Source of the DNA: Thermoanaerobaculia bacterium
GTDB lineage: Bacteria > Acidobacteriota > Thermoanaerobaculia > Multivoradales > UBA5704
Assembly: GCA_044226625.1 (NCBI GenBank)
Contig: JBGAGQ010000027.1
Coordinates: 1-64,000 of the forward strand
DNA: 64,000 nucleotides
Direction of reading: 5' to 3'
In this document: piece by piece, positions 42,096-53,100 of the stretch
Layout of the letters: each line of letters begins with the position of its first letter
How positions within the stretch are numbered: the first letter of the stretch is position 1
Position numbers and translations under genes: made by a program
Notes under the pieces: model-generated
The model's input: only the letters and a program-made list of their open reading frames with translations
What the model was told of the DNA's origin: nothing
Databases searched by the model: none

Positions 42096-42661
42096 TCGAG
42101 GAAGCCCTCGCGCATCGCGTGACGAAGGTAGATCCGCGCCTTGTCCCACTGTCGCTGCACGGTCCGCTCGCTCACCCCGCGCAGCTCGGCGATCTCGCCG
42201 AAGGTAAAGCCGCAGAAGAACTTCAAGTCGACCACGTGGGCGATCTCCGGCTCGAGCGTCGCGAGCTCGTCGAGCGCCTGACCCAGGCGTTCCATCTCCT
42301 CGGCTTCGCTCGTCGGGGCGCCGCCGCCGACCTCCTTGCCGTCGAGCGAGGTCATCTCGAAGGCGCTTCCGCGCTTGCGGGCCTGCCGGCTCCTCAAGCC
42401 GTCGATGATCAGCCCGCGCATCACGCGGGCCGCATAGGAAAAGAACCGGGCGCGATCGGGGAACGTCACCCCCTCGCGACGCGCGATGTCCAGATAGGCC
42501 TCGTGGAGCAGGCTGGTGACGCCGAGCGCGGCGCCTGGCCCGGAGCGCGCGAGCTCTCGCCGCGCGAGCCCGCGCAGCTCGCGGTAGAGCGCCGCGAACA
42601 GCGCTTCGGAGGCGCGCGGCTCGCCGCGCTCCGCGGATTGGAAGAGTAGGGAGAGCTCCAC
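42092..42661 (-). CDS. ECF sigma factor (TIGR02999-type, kinase-associated)
   Basis: LY.ELR.LA, TSLLHEAYL, VDLKFFCG, VSERTVQRQW..AR. Confidence 0.92.
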   Translation of the reverse strand: MELSLLFQSAERGEPRASEALFAALYRELRGLARRELARSGPGAALGVTSLLHEAYLDIARREGVTFPDRARFFSYAARVMRGLIIDGLRSRQARKRGSAFEMTSLDGKEVGGGAPTSEAEEMERLGQALDELATLEPEIAHVVDLKFFCGFTFGEIAELRGVSERTVQRQWDKARIYLRHAMREGFLD

Positions 42662-42733
42662 CGGTCGCCTCGCCAGCCTCGGATGAGGCCGGTCCGGGAG
42701 CGGCGGCTCAAGTACCGAGGATTTGCGAGAAGG

Positions 42734-44017
42734 TTATGCTGCCGCGCCGGCCTGCGCAATCGGCGGTGGGGCGAGAGGCGGTGGGTTCTCCTTGGCGCGC
42801 GAGGGGGGTGGGACGGATTCGTCCCCCGAAGGCAGCGAGGCCAGGATCGAAGTGAGGTCGCCCACGTCGGCCGGTTTGACGAGGTGGTGATCGAATCCCG
42901 CGGCGCGCGAGCGAGCCCGGTCGAGCTCGCTGCCGTATCCCGTGAGGGCGACGAGATACGCCGGGTCCGTCCGGGGATCCGAGCGGAGCCGCTCCGCGAC
43001 CTGATAGCCGTCCAGCCCGGGCATGCCGATGTCGAGGAAGACCAGCTCGGGCTTGAATTCCGTGGCGAGGGCGACGGCACTCGGTCCGTCGTGGGCCTCG
43101 CGCACGACATGCCCTTCCAACCGGAGCAAGAGGCACAGGCTGTCCGCTGCATCCCGGTTGTCGTCGACGATCAGCACGCGGTGGCTCGAATGGGGCGGCG
43201 CGGTCCGCGGCTCCTCCGGGCGAGCGACGGGGGCGATTTCGTCCTCCGCGAGGGGGAGACGGATGACGAACTCGCTCCCTTGTCCTGCGCCGGCGCTCTT
43301 GGCGGAGAGAGTCCCGCCATGCAGCTCGATGAGCCGGCGGGCGAGCGTAAGACCCAGCCCGAGACCGTCCTCCTGTCGGGCGAGACTCGAGTCGGCTTTC
43401 TCAAAAGGCTCGAAAATCCCTTCCAGCAGAGCCGATGGGATCCCCTCCCCGTCGTCGCGCACCCGAATCACCGCCCAGTCCCCTTCCTTCCGGGCGGTGA
43501 TCCAGATCCGTCCCCCGACCGGGGTGAAGCGTGCCGCGTTTTCGACCAGCCGCACCATGACTTGGATCATCCGCAACGCGTCGAGCTCGACCGGAAGGAA
43601 CACGGGCAGATCGATCTCGAGCGAGTGATCGCGCCTCGCCACGACGTCGCGCCACTGTTCCATCGAGCGGTGGATCACCAAACGCGCGTCGATTCGCTCT
43701 TTGTGCAGCTCGATCGTTCCCTCGGAGGCGCGGCCGACGTCGAGCAGGTCGTCCACCAGCCGGACGAGCGTTTCGATCTGCCGGTCCAACATCTCGTGCA
43801 TCTCACGGACCCGCGGTTCCTGCACCCTTGCCTTCTTGAGCAGATGGATTCCCGTCCGCAGGGGGGCGAGCGGGTTGCGCAGCTCGTGAGCCAGGAGATC
43901 GAGGAAGCGGGCGTCTCGGATGGGAGCCCGGTCGCGAGGGGCGAATTCAGCAGGGCGACGGATCGGAAGAGAATTTCCTTCGAGGGACATCTGCGATCCT
44001 TCAAGCGTTTCGTTCAT
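42734..44017 (-). CDS. Hybrid histidine kinase/response regulator without an obvious sensor domain
   Basis: LAHELRNPL, DDGEGI, GLGLGL, REC domain VDDN...DIGMPG...KP; start approximate. Confidence 0.88.
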   Translation of the reverse strand: MNETLEGSQMSLEGNSLPIRRPAEFAPRDRAPIRDARFLDLLAHELRNPLAPLRTGIHLLKKARVQEPRVREMHEMLDRQIETLVRLVDDLLDVGRASEGTIELHKERIDARLVIHRSMEQWRDVVARRDHSLEIDLPVFLPVELDALRMIQVMVRLVENAARFTPVGGRIWITARKEGDWAVIRVRDDGEGIPSALLEGIFEPFEKADSSLARQEDGLGLGLTLARRLIELHGGTLSAKSAGAGQGSEFVIRLPLAEDEIAPVARPEEPRTAPPHSSHRVLIVDDNRDAADSLCLLLRLEGHVVREAHDGPSAVALATEFKPELVFLDIGMPGLDGYQVAERLRSDPRTDPAYLVALTGYGSELDRARSRAAGFDHHLVKPADVGDLTSILASLPSGDESVPPPSRAKENPPPLAPPPIAQAGAAA

Positions 44018-44235
44018 GTTCGCCAGCGCCGGTCCGATCGATTGCCGGTCGAAAACGGTCAAAATCCGCCTATAGCAAAATCCAAGCCCACGCTCCAGGC
44101 TGCCCCGGAGCGGGGTTGGGCGAAGGGGAGAGACCCCGAAGAAGGCGAAAGAGACCGCTTCAAGCGGGAGCGAAGCGGCCAGGAAATTTGTTCCGCCCTC
44201 CCTTCGCTCCTGTTCCGTCGCCCGCAGCGGACGCG

Positions 44236-45567
44236 TTACTTTTGCTCGGGAAATTTGAAGCCGATGTAGGTCCCCGAGCTGATTCCCATCAGGCCCAGGA
44301 GGGTCGCGCTGAACTCCGGCATCATCAGGTCGTTGTAGACCGAAGAGACGAACATGATGCCGAGCAGCAGGGTCCAGGCGAAGATCTGGAACCGGTGGAA
44401 GCTGTAGCCGGCGCCGTCCGACAGGACGTCGCGTAAGAAGCCCCGGGAGGTCGTGGACGACGGGGAGGGTGTGAGGTCTTGGATCTGCAGGTTCACCTGG
44501 GCGAGCCGGGTCCGGCTGTCCTGCATCTGCCGGTTGAGGCTGTCGCGAGCCGAGAGGGCGTCGGGCGAGACCGCGGCTTGCGGGGCGGCCACCGCCATCT
44601 GGGACTGCAAGTCGGGGAGGGTCTGCTGGAGAGCGTTCTTTTCGGCCTGGAGGTCGACCAGTTTCTCGGCGTCCGCGTTCGCCTGGCCGGAGTCGATCAA
44701 CGCCTCGCTCAAGGCCGTCCCCGCGCTGATCCCCATCAGGGCCAGCAGCGAGGCGGTGATCGTGTCGAGCGACCCGGTGATCAGCCAGATCCCGAGATAC
44801 GAAACGTAGATCAGGAAGAACCAGAACGCCATCTGCGCGCGCCCCAGGTTGTAGGGCCGGAGCTTGCCGGCGGCCGGGGACGGGCCCGACTCCCGGATCA
44901 GGTTCGTGGTGCGGGCGAGCCAGATCAACAGGAACATCGTGCCCAGGGTGACGACCGCGGCGATCACTCCGTACCAGGGCGAGATCACGGTCAGGAGAAC
45001 CTGGTTGCCGTTGCCGAAGACGGTATCGAAGGAGGAGTGCGCGTTGTCCTCGAGCCCGACGCTCAGCGTCACCGGATGTCGAATGCCGGTGGGCGCGCCC
45101 AGGAGGCTGGTCCAGACCGCACGGTTCTCGGCCGTGATCTCCAGGTGATAGGAGAGCAGTCCCCGCGCCGGCTCGATCTCGTCCGGATAGTTGCCGAGGA
45201 TCGCGAGGCCATTGATGTAGGGGACGAGCTTGCCGGGATCGTTCGAGGTCGACCATTCGGAAAGATTGGCCACCCGAAGGCGAATCAGGTCGTCGAGCTC
45301 GAGATGCCCCTCGATGATCTCGACCACCTTCGGTGCGGGAGCCGCCGCCAGAGGCATCGCCGACGGATTCGCTGCAACGGCGGGAGGAGCGGTCGCGGAG
45401 GTCGGAGTCGGCGGGGCGACGGAAGCGGCGGCCGGCGACGCGCTCGGAGCTCCCGGAGCGGCGTCCTGCGCCCGCAGGGACGACGAAGAGGACGAAAAGA
45501 AGGCCAGCAGACCCGCCCATACGACCAGCGCCCATGCCCTTCGAAGCCCCGCAGCGTTCGATCGCAT
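44236..45567 (-). CDS. Hypothetical membrane protein with an internally duplicated TM motif and coiled coil
   Basis: Signal peptide; LGRAQMAFW...LLALMGIS and FHRFQIFAW...LLGLMGIS; GGAGG RBS. Confidence 0.8.
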   Translation of the reverse strand: MRSNAAGLRRAWALVVWAGLLAFFSSSSSSLRAQDAAPGAPSASPAAASVAPPTPTSATAPPAVAANPSAMPLAAAPAPKVVEIIEGHLELDDLIRLRVANLSEWSTSNDPGKLVPYINGLAILGNYPDEIEPARGLLSYHLEITAENRAVWTSLLGAPTGIRHPVTLSVGLEDNAHSSFDTVFGNGNQVLLTVISPWYGVIAAVVTLGTMFLLIWLARTTNLIRESGPSPAAGKLRPYNLGRAQMAFWFFLIYVSYLGIWLITGSLDTITASLLALMGISAGTALSEALIDSGQANADAEKLVDLQAEKNALQQTLPDLQSQMAVAAPQAAVSPDALSARDSLNRQMQDSRTRLAQVNLQIQDLTPSPSSTTSRGFLRDVLSDGAGYSFHRFQIFAWTLLLGIMFVSSVYNDLMMPEFSATLLGLMGISSGTYIGFKFPEQK

Positions 45568-45744
45568 GCTTCCTCCGGTCAGCCCCTTGGGGCCAAGGGA
45601 TATCGGTGGATGCCGATGAATCAGTTGGAAGGCAAAGGTTACAGCAGGATTGACGCGATCGGGCGAAACGCGGGCGCGGCGGAGGTTCCCTCCGACAGCC
45701 GGATCTTCGTGAGAAGTTCGGGCTAGACTTGGGCGATCCGGTCA

Positions 45745-47208
45745 TTGGTTTTGCGGGAGGCCCGATCGTTGCCCTATCGATCCCTGTTGTCGTCATCCAC
45801 CCCTGAGATCCCGGAGCGCGGCCCGGGATGGTGGCCGATCGGTGAGCTCTGGTCGGGCACCTCTCGAGTCGGCCGTCTCGGTGCGTTGTGGCTCGCGGCG
45901 ATCGCGATCTCGGTGGCCTTCGGCGTGGCCAACGTCAAGATGGGGTGGAACGGCATCGAGATCTCGGTGTTCGGCATCCCGGCCGGCTTCACCATCTACC
46001 CGCCGTTCGTGCTCTCCGTGCTCCTCGCCTTCTGGCTCGGGCCGACCTGGGCGGCGGTGCCGATCTATCTCGCCAATCTCGCGAGCGCGCTCGCCTCGGG
46101 CATGTCGCTGCCGATGAGCGCTCTGTTCGCGATCGCCGGGGTCATCGAGACGCTCATGCTCTGGGGGGCGCTCGTGGCGCTGCGCGTCGACCCGGTCCTA
46201 CGGCGTCTGCGCGACCTCGCCTGGTTCATCGCGGCGGGCCTGGTGGCGGCGGTCACCGGCTCGCTCGCGGCGATCCTCTGGAACTCCAGCCATCATCTCG
46301 ATCCCGCGATGAGCCAGAGGATCTGGCGCGGCTGGGTGATCGGGGATCTCATCCAGCTGGTCGCGATCGCGCTGCCCATCCTGCGCCTCCTGGGACCGAT
46401 GGCCCAGGGTTGGGTCGACCGGCAGTTCGTCAATCCGCCTACCCGGGCGCTCAACGCCAAGCACGGCTCGGTCCTGGCGGTCTCGGCGTTCGCGATCCTC
46501 GGCCTCGTGGTCTTCCTGGGGGTTCATCAGGCGCTCGGCTCGATCGAGCTCGCGCTCGACGCGCGGACCGCGACCGGCGAGCTGCTGCTGCCGAAGCTGC
46601 GCGAGATCATCCTGGCGATGGGACTCCTGTCGACGGCCCTGATCCTCGCGACCGGGATCTTCTCGACCGCTCTCGCGACGCTCGGCGAGCGGCAGAGGCG
46701 CGAGGCGTTGATCGACGGTCTCACCGGCTGCAACAACCGGCGCTCGTTCTCCTCAATGTTCTCTCGCGAGGCGGAGCGGAGCCGCCGCCTCGGTCTCGGC
46801 CTCGGTCTGCTGTTCCTGGACCTCGACCGGTTCAAGGAGCTGAACGACCGCTACGGTCACGAGGCGGGGGACCTCGCGCTCGCCCGCGCCGCGCGGCGGA
46901 TCGAGTCCGCGCTACGCGAGACCGACCTGCTGTTCCGATGGGGCGGCGAGGAGTTCGTGGTCTTGATGGCCCACACCCACGCCGAAGAGATCGGCGAGGT
47001 GGCCGAGCGCGTCCGTGTTGCGCTCGAGCGGGAGCCGCTTGCCGCGCTGCCGGGAGGGGCGATCCTCGGAACGACCGCGAGCCTGGGCGCGGTGGCGACC
47101 AGCCACTTCCCCGCGGATCCCGCCGAGCTGATCCGCCGCGCCGACGAGGCGTGTTACGAGGCGAAGCGGCGCGGCCGGAACCGGACCATCGTCGCGGCGC
47201 GCGATTGA
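45745..47208 (+). CDS. Membrane-bound diguanylate cyclase (MASE1-like + GGDEF)
   Basis: DGLTG..NRR, DLDRFKELNDRYGHEAGD, RETD I-site, RWGGEEF. Confidence 0.93.
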   Translation: MVLREARSLPYRSLLSSSTPEIPERGPGWWPIGELWSGTSRVGRLGALWLAAIAISVAFGVANVKMGWNGIEISVFGIPAGFTIYPPFVLSVLLAFWLGPTWAAVPIYLANLASALASGMSLPMSALFAIAGVIETLMLWGALVALRVDPVLRRLRDLAWFIAAGLVAAVTGSLAAILWNSSHHLDPAMSQRIWRGWVIGDLIQLVAIALPILRLLGPMAQGWVDRQFVNPPTRALNAKHGSVLAVSAFAILGLVVFLGVHQALGSIELALDARTATGELLLPKLREIILAMGLLSTALILATGIFSTALATLGERQRREALIDGLTGCNNRRSFSSMFSREAERSRRLGLGLGLLFLDLDRFKELNDRYGHEAGDLALARAARRIESALRETDLLFRWGGEEFVVLMAHTHAEEIGEVAERVRVALEREPLAALPGGAILGTTASLGAVATSHFPADPAELIRRADEACYEAKRRGRNRTIVAARD

Positions 47209-47287
47209 CCCGGTCTCGGCCCAAACCGTGCGGCGTTGGGTGGTAGCCTTTGCGCATTCACGCCCAATCATGGTTCGAGGAGGCAGT

Positions 47288-48307
47288 ATGAGACCAGGCA
47301 GGCTTTTCCGGGCGTTCGTCGCCCTGCTCGTCGCGGTGCCCGCCACCGCCTTGACCTATAGCGGAGGGGCGAACCAGTTCGCCGGCGGTTTCAGCCCCTC
47401 GAACGCGCCCTACGGCGGGTTCGGCGGCGGAAGCTGCACGGCGTCGCGCACGCCGATCGTCTTCCTGCACGGAAACGGTGACGAGGCGAAGAACTGGGAT
47501 TACCCCTCCTCGACCGGTGTCGCCTCGGTCTACGACGAATTCAAGGCCGCGGGCTACAACGATTGCGAGCTGTTCGGCCTCACCTGGCTTTCGAGCTCGG
47601 AGCGAGGGGCGCCGCAATTGAACTATCACGGACCCGGCAAGGCGGCGATGGTGCGCGACTTCATCAACGCGGTGAAGAGCTATACCGGCAAATCGCAAGT
47701 CGACGTGATCGCCCATTCGATGGGGGTGACGGTGGCGATCCACGCGGCCGACTACGGGGCCCTGTGGGGGAGCGTCCGGAAATTCGTCGCGATCTCCGGC
47801 GCGGTGCGCGGGCTCGCCTCCTGCTATTGGGCGGGATACGCGAATCCGGCCATCACCACCTGTGGCAGCCAGAACGTGTTCGACGCGAACGTCTTCGGTT
47901 TCTTTCCGCACGCGGCGCCCGGCTACAACCCGAAGATGGGCGACGGCGGATATCGCGACAAACCTTCGGGCAAGAGCACACAGTTCTATTCGCTGCGCGC
48001 CGGCTTCAACGATCAGATCGTCTGCTCGACCACGTCGTTCTACGCCGGCTGCGGCGACACCTCGAAGTTCGACGCCTATGCGAACGTCAAGGCGCAGCTC
48101 AACGTCGGCCGCGGATCGACCGCGATCCAATACGACTACAACTTTTCGGATTGGAGCCCGTTCAACACCGGCGGCGGCGACACGGACGGAGTCGGCCATT
48201 TCCGCGCCAAGAACAACACCGGCGTGATCCAAAGAAACATGATCACCGGCACCACCTGCTCGGGGACGGGATGTTGCGCCGGCTACGGATTTTCCTGCGT
48301 GAACTGA
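47288..48307 (+). CDS. Secreted lipase class 2 / alpha-beta hydrolase
   Basis: Signal peptide; PIVFLHGN, VDVIAHSMG; GAGGAGG RBS. Confidence 0.88.
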   Translation: MRPGRLFRAFVALLVAVPATALTYSGGANQFAGGFSPSNAPYGGFGGGSCTASRTPIVFLHGNGDEAKNWDYPSSTGVASVYDEFKAAGYNDCELFGLTWLSSSERGAPQLNYHGPGKAAMVRDFINAVKSYTGKSQVDVIAHSMGVTVAIHAADYGALWGSVRKFVAISGAVRGLASCYWAGYANPAITTCGSQNVFDANVFGFFPHAAPGYNPKMGDGGYRDKPSGKSTQFYSLRAGFNDQIVCSTTSFYAGCGDTSKFDAYANVKAQLNVGRGSTAIQYDYNFSDWSPFNTGGGDTDGVGHFRAKNNTGVIQRNMITGTTCSGTGCCAGYGFSCVN

Positions 48308-48389
48308 GGGGAACCCACTTGTCGTTCGGCGACCTCTTCGCGACGCCCCGGCCGGGAGATCGGTCCGGGGCGCCGCGAGCTCGTGGTCG

Positions 48390-49511
48390 CTAGCTCGACG
48401 CGACCTTGGGGCAGAAGCAGAGAACCTTGTTCGACTTGCCCGAGGCGGGGGGATAGAACTTGTTGATGAATTTCATGCAGTCTTTGATGTCGGTGTAGAG
48501 CGGACCGTCGCCGTTCTTGCTCGTCCAGTCGCCGTCGGCCTCCTGCTTCATCGCGTGCACCCAGTTGCTGTCGGTCGGGTCCTCGTTGCCGGGGCAGACC
48601 TCGAACACCATCTTGATCGCCTTGCCTCCCCCTGCGCAGGCGGGCTTCGAGCAGTCAGCCGCCTTGTCGGGATCGAATCCGTTGTCGCGGAGAATGTCTT
48701 TCCAACCGTTGCCCGGCACGTCCGGATTCGGTTGGACCCACCGGTCGGTGAGGCAGTTGAGACCCCACGCGAAGCAGTTGTAAGGCGTCGTACCACCGGG
48801 CCCGCCCGGCTTGAGGATCCACGAGTAGGGATTTTGTTGCGCGACACAGACGGCGGGATCCGCCGCAGGGGTGCTCGAGCCCGGAACCTCGATCCACGGG
48901 GGCGTCGCGACGATGAGTTGCCCGATGGCACGACGGGGGTCGCGGGCGGTGGTATCCCCGAGCCAGGACAGGTGGCTGCCGTGGAGCGGATGCGGGGCGG
49001 AGCGCAGCTCGGAGAGCGTCATGTCGGAGTGGTTGTCCCACCAGTCCTGGTACATGACGTACGCCTGCTCGTAGCGCACCTCCTGGCGGTCGTCGTTTCC
49101 GGCCGAGAGGCGGAGCGAGAAGTGCGGCGTCGGGCTTCCCTTCAGGATGCCCTCGACGAGGTAGAGGGCGACCTGGTCGACCGTGAGCGATCCCGCCATC
49201 ACGATCTCGCAGCTCTCCGGATCCTGGGTGGCGGCCCCGGCGTAGAGCGACTTGTCGGTCGAGAGGTTCAGGAGCGAGGGGATGCAGACCTTGCCTGCCG
49301 AGTACAGGCGCATGTAGGCGCGGTCGGCCGTCGCTTTTTCGGAGGAATGCAGGTCTCGAACCGACGCGGCGCACAAGGCCGTCGGAGGTTCACGGTCGGC
49401 TCCGACCGGGAGGGCCAGCGCCGGAAGCGCCAGGAAGAGCAGAAGCCCGACGACGCCGAGGATGCCGAAAGGACGCTTCGAGACACACCTCACCCACACA
49501 CCGCTTTGCAC
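48390..49511 (-). CDS. Secreted protein with a C-terminal papain-like Cys-His domain
   Basis: AAGGAG RBS + GTG; signal peptide; YNCFAWGL ... HAMKQ..DG.WTSKNG. Confidence 0.7.
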   Translation of the reverse strand: MQSGVWVRCVSKRPFGILGVVGLLLFLALPALALPVGADREPPTALCAASVRDLHSSEKATADRAYMRLYSAGKVCIPSLLNLSTDKSLYAGAATQDPESCEIVMAGSLTVDQVALYLVEGILKGSPTPHFSLRLSAGNDDRQEVRYEQAYVMYQDWWDNHSDMTLSELRSAPHPLHGSHLSWLGDTTARDPRRAIGQLIVATPPWIEVPGSSTPAADPAVCVAQQNPYSWILKPGGPGGTTPYNCFAWGLNCLTDRWVQPNPDVPGNGWKDILRDNGFDPDKAADCSKPACAGGGKAIKMVFEVCPGNEDPTDSNWVHAMKQEADGDWTSKNGDGPLYTDIKDCMKFINKFYPPASGKSNKVLCFCPKVASS

Positions 49512-49635
49512 GTGTTTCTCCTTCGCCTCGTCGTAAGAGGCCGTTAGAAAGAGGGTTCTGCCTTTATCTGTGCGGCGAGCCCGAAGAAGGTGACACGGCA
49601 CCCGGAAGCCCGGCGACGAGGCGTGTGCCCACGGC

Positions 49636-50046
49636 TCAGGAGCCGCTGCTCGATCCTTCCGGCAGGATAGGAGGCGGTGCGTCAGCGCCCCAGGTCCCCG
49701 CGAGGTTGGACTCGCCGTCCTCGTCGATCTCGTCGCGGCGCAGGGAAAGCAGCTTGACGTTGCCGGTGATTCCGCCGCTTCCGTCGTCTTCGACGGTGAC
49801 TATCCAGTCGAGGCCCGTCCCCTCGTCCCGCACCCTCTCTCCTACGAGGCGTCCGCCTTCAAACCGAAGGCCGTGAAGCTCGTGAGTTACGCCCTCCGCA
49901 TCGGTCCACGTCACGTGGAATACTCCCTTGGGGCTTTCCTCGATTTTCAAGGGCTTTCCGGAAGGAAACGCGTTGGCGATCCGGGCGTGGCCCCGCGCGT
50001 CCCGGATTTTCCAGGTGCGTATGAAATAGCTCGAGTCTGTCGACAT
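49636..50046 (-). CDS. Hypothetical protein
   Basis: AAAGGA RBS; 136-aa beta-rich ORF downstream of the CHAT gene. Confidence 0.65.
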   Translation of the reverse strand: MSTDSSYFIRTWKIRDARGHARIANAFPSGKPLKIEESPKGVFHVTWTDAEGVTHELHGLRFEGGRLVGERVRDEGTGLDWIVTVEDDGSGGITGNVKLLSLRRDEIDEDGESNLAGTWGADAPPPILPEGSSSGS

Positions 50047-50156
50047 GTCGCGTCCTTTCTCGCCCGCGGGGTGGGGCGCTGGGCGAGGTCGTCATCGGGT
50101 ACCGATCTGCGGTACAGCGTCTCTCAGGTCAATCTGTCACGAAGGGGTAGATCGTC

Positions 50157-53100
50157 TCACCGCGCGGTCCCGTCTTTACCTCCATTTCCAAACAAAACGA
50201 AACCTGCCCAGTACGCCGGGTCCCGGGTTCGACGGTCCTTGCGTAGAGAGCGCTGCGCCGCCCGGAGGGCGGCCGCGGGAGAGAGCCCTTCTTCGAGGTG
50301 CGCGCGGTAGAAACGGATCATCAGCTCCGCGGTCGGCCGGTCTTGGACCCGCCAGAGGCTCGCGATCACGCTCCGCGCCCCGGCCTCGAAAAAAGCGCCG
50401 GTAAGGCCGACCAAGCCTTCGCCGCGCATCTCCCGGCCGAGCGCGGTCTCGCAACCGGACAGGACGACGAGGTCCGCTTGAAGCGAAAGCCCGTAGAGAT
50501 CGGCGAGGCCCAAGAAGCCCTCGCGCGGCGCGCCGCGCTCGTCGACAAGGGAGAGCACGAGGCCGGAGAGGCGAGGGGTCTCCGTGTCGATCACACCGTG
50601 GGTCGCGAGATGGAGGATCTCTCCATCGTCTAGCGCTCCAGCCAAGACCGCCGCCCGATCGGCCGCGAAGCCGAGCAGCGTGGTGGCGCGCCGCGGACCT
50701 ACGGCGAAGACCGGGAGCGCTCCGATCGCCTCGACCTCGCGGCGGGTCGAAGCGAGCCGCTGGAGGACCGGTGGCTCGGCTCGGTCTCCTGGACGCGTGG
50801 GGGGCACTGAGGTCGCGAGGTTTCGTACTCGCGGATCGAAGGGCGAAAAGACCGGATCGCCGACCAGGATCGCCCGTCGTCCGCGCTCTTTGGCCTCCGG
50901 ACGACCTCTCCCGGGAGTCCGGAGAGCGGCGAGCACCGAAGCGGAAGGGAGCGAGGTCACCTCGTGCCGTTCGATGAGCGGCAGATCGTTCGAGTCCCCC
51001 GGGATCGGTAGGGCGGAGAACGGTACGTACAGGAGGGCGCCGTCGGCCACGACCAGCAGGCGGTGATCGCCGAGCCGGGACGCGATCGGTCCGAGCACAA
51101 GCCGTGAAAGCTCGCGGCGCGCGCTCCGCTCCTCGTCGTCGGCCCGACGGTCGCCCAGTTCCGTCTTGCGCAGATCTTCGTAGACCCGGCGGGCGAGCCG
51201 TTCGAGCTCGGCACGCGGCGGCAGCTCGTAGGCCGAGATCTCCCCTCGGGTGAGCGCCCAGAGGTAGCTGGTCCTCTCACCGAGCGCCAGCTCGATCAGT
51301 AGCTCGTCGTCGCGGAGCATCGCGCGGGCCTGGTCGGAGTCGACGGTCGCGACGGTCGCGACGGTCGCGACGGTCGTGCTCGACGCGGTCGAACGGTTCT
51401 GGTTCGCGGCGGCGATCTCGGCCTTCAGGCGATCGTCCTCGGCGAGCAGGTCGTCGATCTCGTGAGCGAGGGCCTGGGATCGTGCGTCCGGAGCACCGTT
51501 CGCGAGGCTTTCGATCCTCCGCCGGGCCTTGGCCGCGAGGCGTTCGCCGATCTCCCGGGCGCGCCGCCTCAGGTCGGGCTCGATCCCGCCAGGGGCCGCC
51601 CGCGCGTCCGTCAACAGGTCGAGCAGCGAACGCGCCCGGGCGCGTTCGGCAAGGGCGAAACCCGCCTCGACCGCGTCGCCTCGGATCGGCCGAGGCCCGC
51701 CCGCTCGCTCGGATGGGCTCGTCTCCGCCCCGTCGAGCGTCAGCTCGAGGGCGAGGTCGAAGGTCCGTACCCTGCCGGCGAGAAACGAGGCCCGAAGCTC
51801 CGGCGCCACGACCGCGGAGCGGAGCACCTCGACGAGGTCGAGCGCCTCGCGGACGTGGGCGCGGGCATCCTGGCGTCGCTTGAGGCGACGCTCGGCCTCC
51901 GCGAGCGCGGTGAGCGTCTCGGAGGCTCCCGCCCGGTCGTCGAGCGAGCGCCGAATCGCCAGCGCTTCCGAGAGAGGCGCGAGCGCCGCTTCGCTTTCGC
52001 CCGCGAGCGTGAGCGCTTCGCCCCGTCGCGACAGAGACGCAGCGAGACCTCGGCGGTCGTTCAAGCCGCGGAACAGGTCGACCGCGCTTTGAGCCGTGGT
52101 GAGGGCGAGCGCGGCTTTCCCTTCCGAGGCATAGATCCGGGAGATCTGCTGAAGAGCGTTCGCCTCCTGGGCCGGCCATCGAGCCTCGTGGGCTAGGGCG
52201 ATCGCCGCTTCCAGGTTCTGCTCGGCCGCACTCGTCTCTCCGAGCCGCGCTTTCGCCGAACCGAGAAGGCCGAGCGTCGTCACCTCGCCTCGCCGGTCGC
52301 CGGCAGCGCGGCGAAGCGCGAGCGCCTGCTCGAGCTCGCGAGCGGCGCGGCCCTCATCTCCCGCTGCGAGATAGGCGACGCCCCGGTTCTGGCGGATCCG
52401 CGCCTGCCATCCCCGGTCGCCGAGGGCGGCCGCTCGCTCGAGCGCCTGGCCGTAGCGTTCGAGCGCCTCGCTCGTTTCGCCGATCTCGGCGAGCAGCACG
52501 CCGAGGTTGTTGAGCACCGAGACCTCGCCGCGCTTTTCTCCGAGCGCACGCAGGAGCGGCAGTGCGGCCTCGTAGGCCGCGCGTGCCTTTTCCGGCTCGC
52601 CGAGCAGATCGTAGATCCCGCCGAGGTTTCCTCCAGCGATCGCCGCGGTGTCCACGGCTTGGACCCGGCGCAGCTTTTCGATCGCCTCTTCATAGCAGGG
52701 GATCGACTCCCGCCATTCGCCACGAGACTGCCGCGCGAGGCAGACGTTCGCGCGGGTCGTCGCCTCGCCGTAGGCGTCGCCGCGACGGATCTCGATCGCG
52801 AGCGCGCGTTCGAAGCGCGCGATGGCACCGTTCGTGTCGCCGGTCGCGGCGAGCCCCAGGCCGAATAGGGCCTCCGCCTGGCTCTCCGCCGCATCGGCAC
52901 CGAGGGCCGAGAAGGCCTTCACCGCCCGTTCGGCAAGCGGTACGGCGCTCTTCGCTTCGCCGAGCGAGAGATAGGCCTCGGCTTCGAGGAAGAGGGTGCG
53001 CGCGACCTCGTGCGGGCGTCCGGCGGCGCGAAACGCCGGGAGGGCTCGTTCGGCCAGCTCGGCGATCCGCCGCGTCGAAGCTCCGTCACCGCGGGCGCGC

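Noticed and set aside
44018-45796. N-terminal ~590 aa of the 1020-aa ORF as a kinase sensor region
   Set aside because: Arg/Pro-rich off-frame translation overlapping the real 44236-45567 gene
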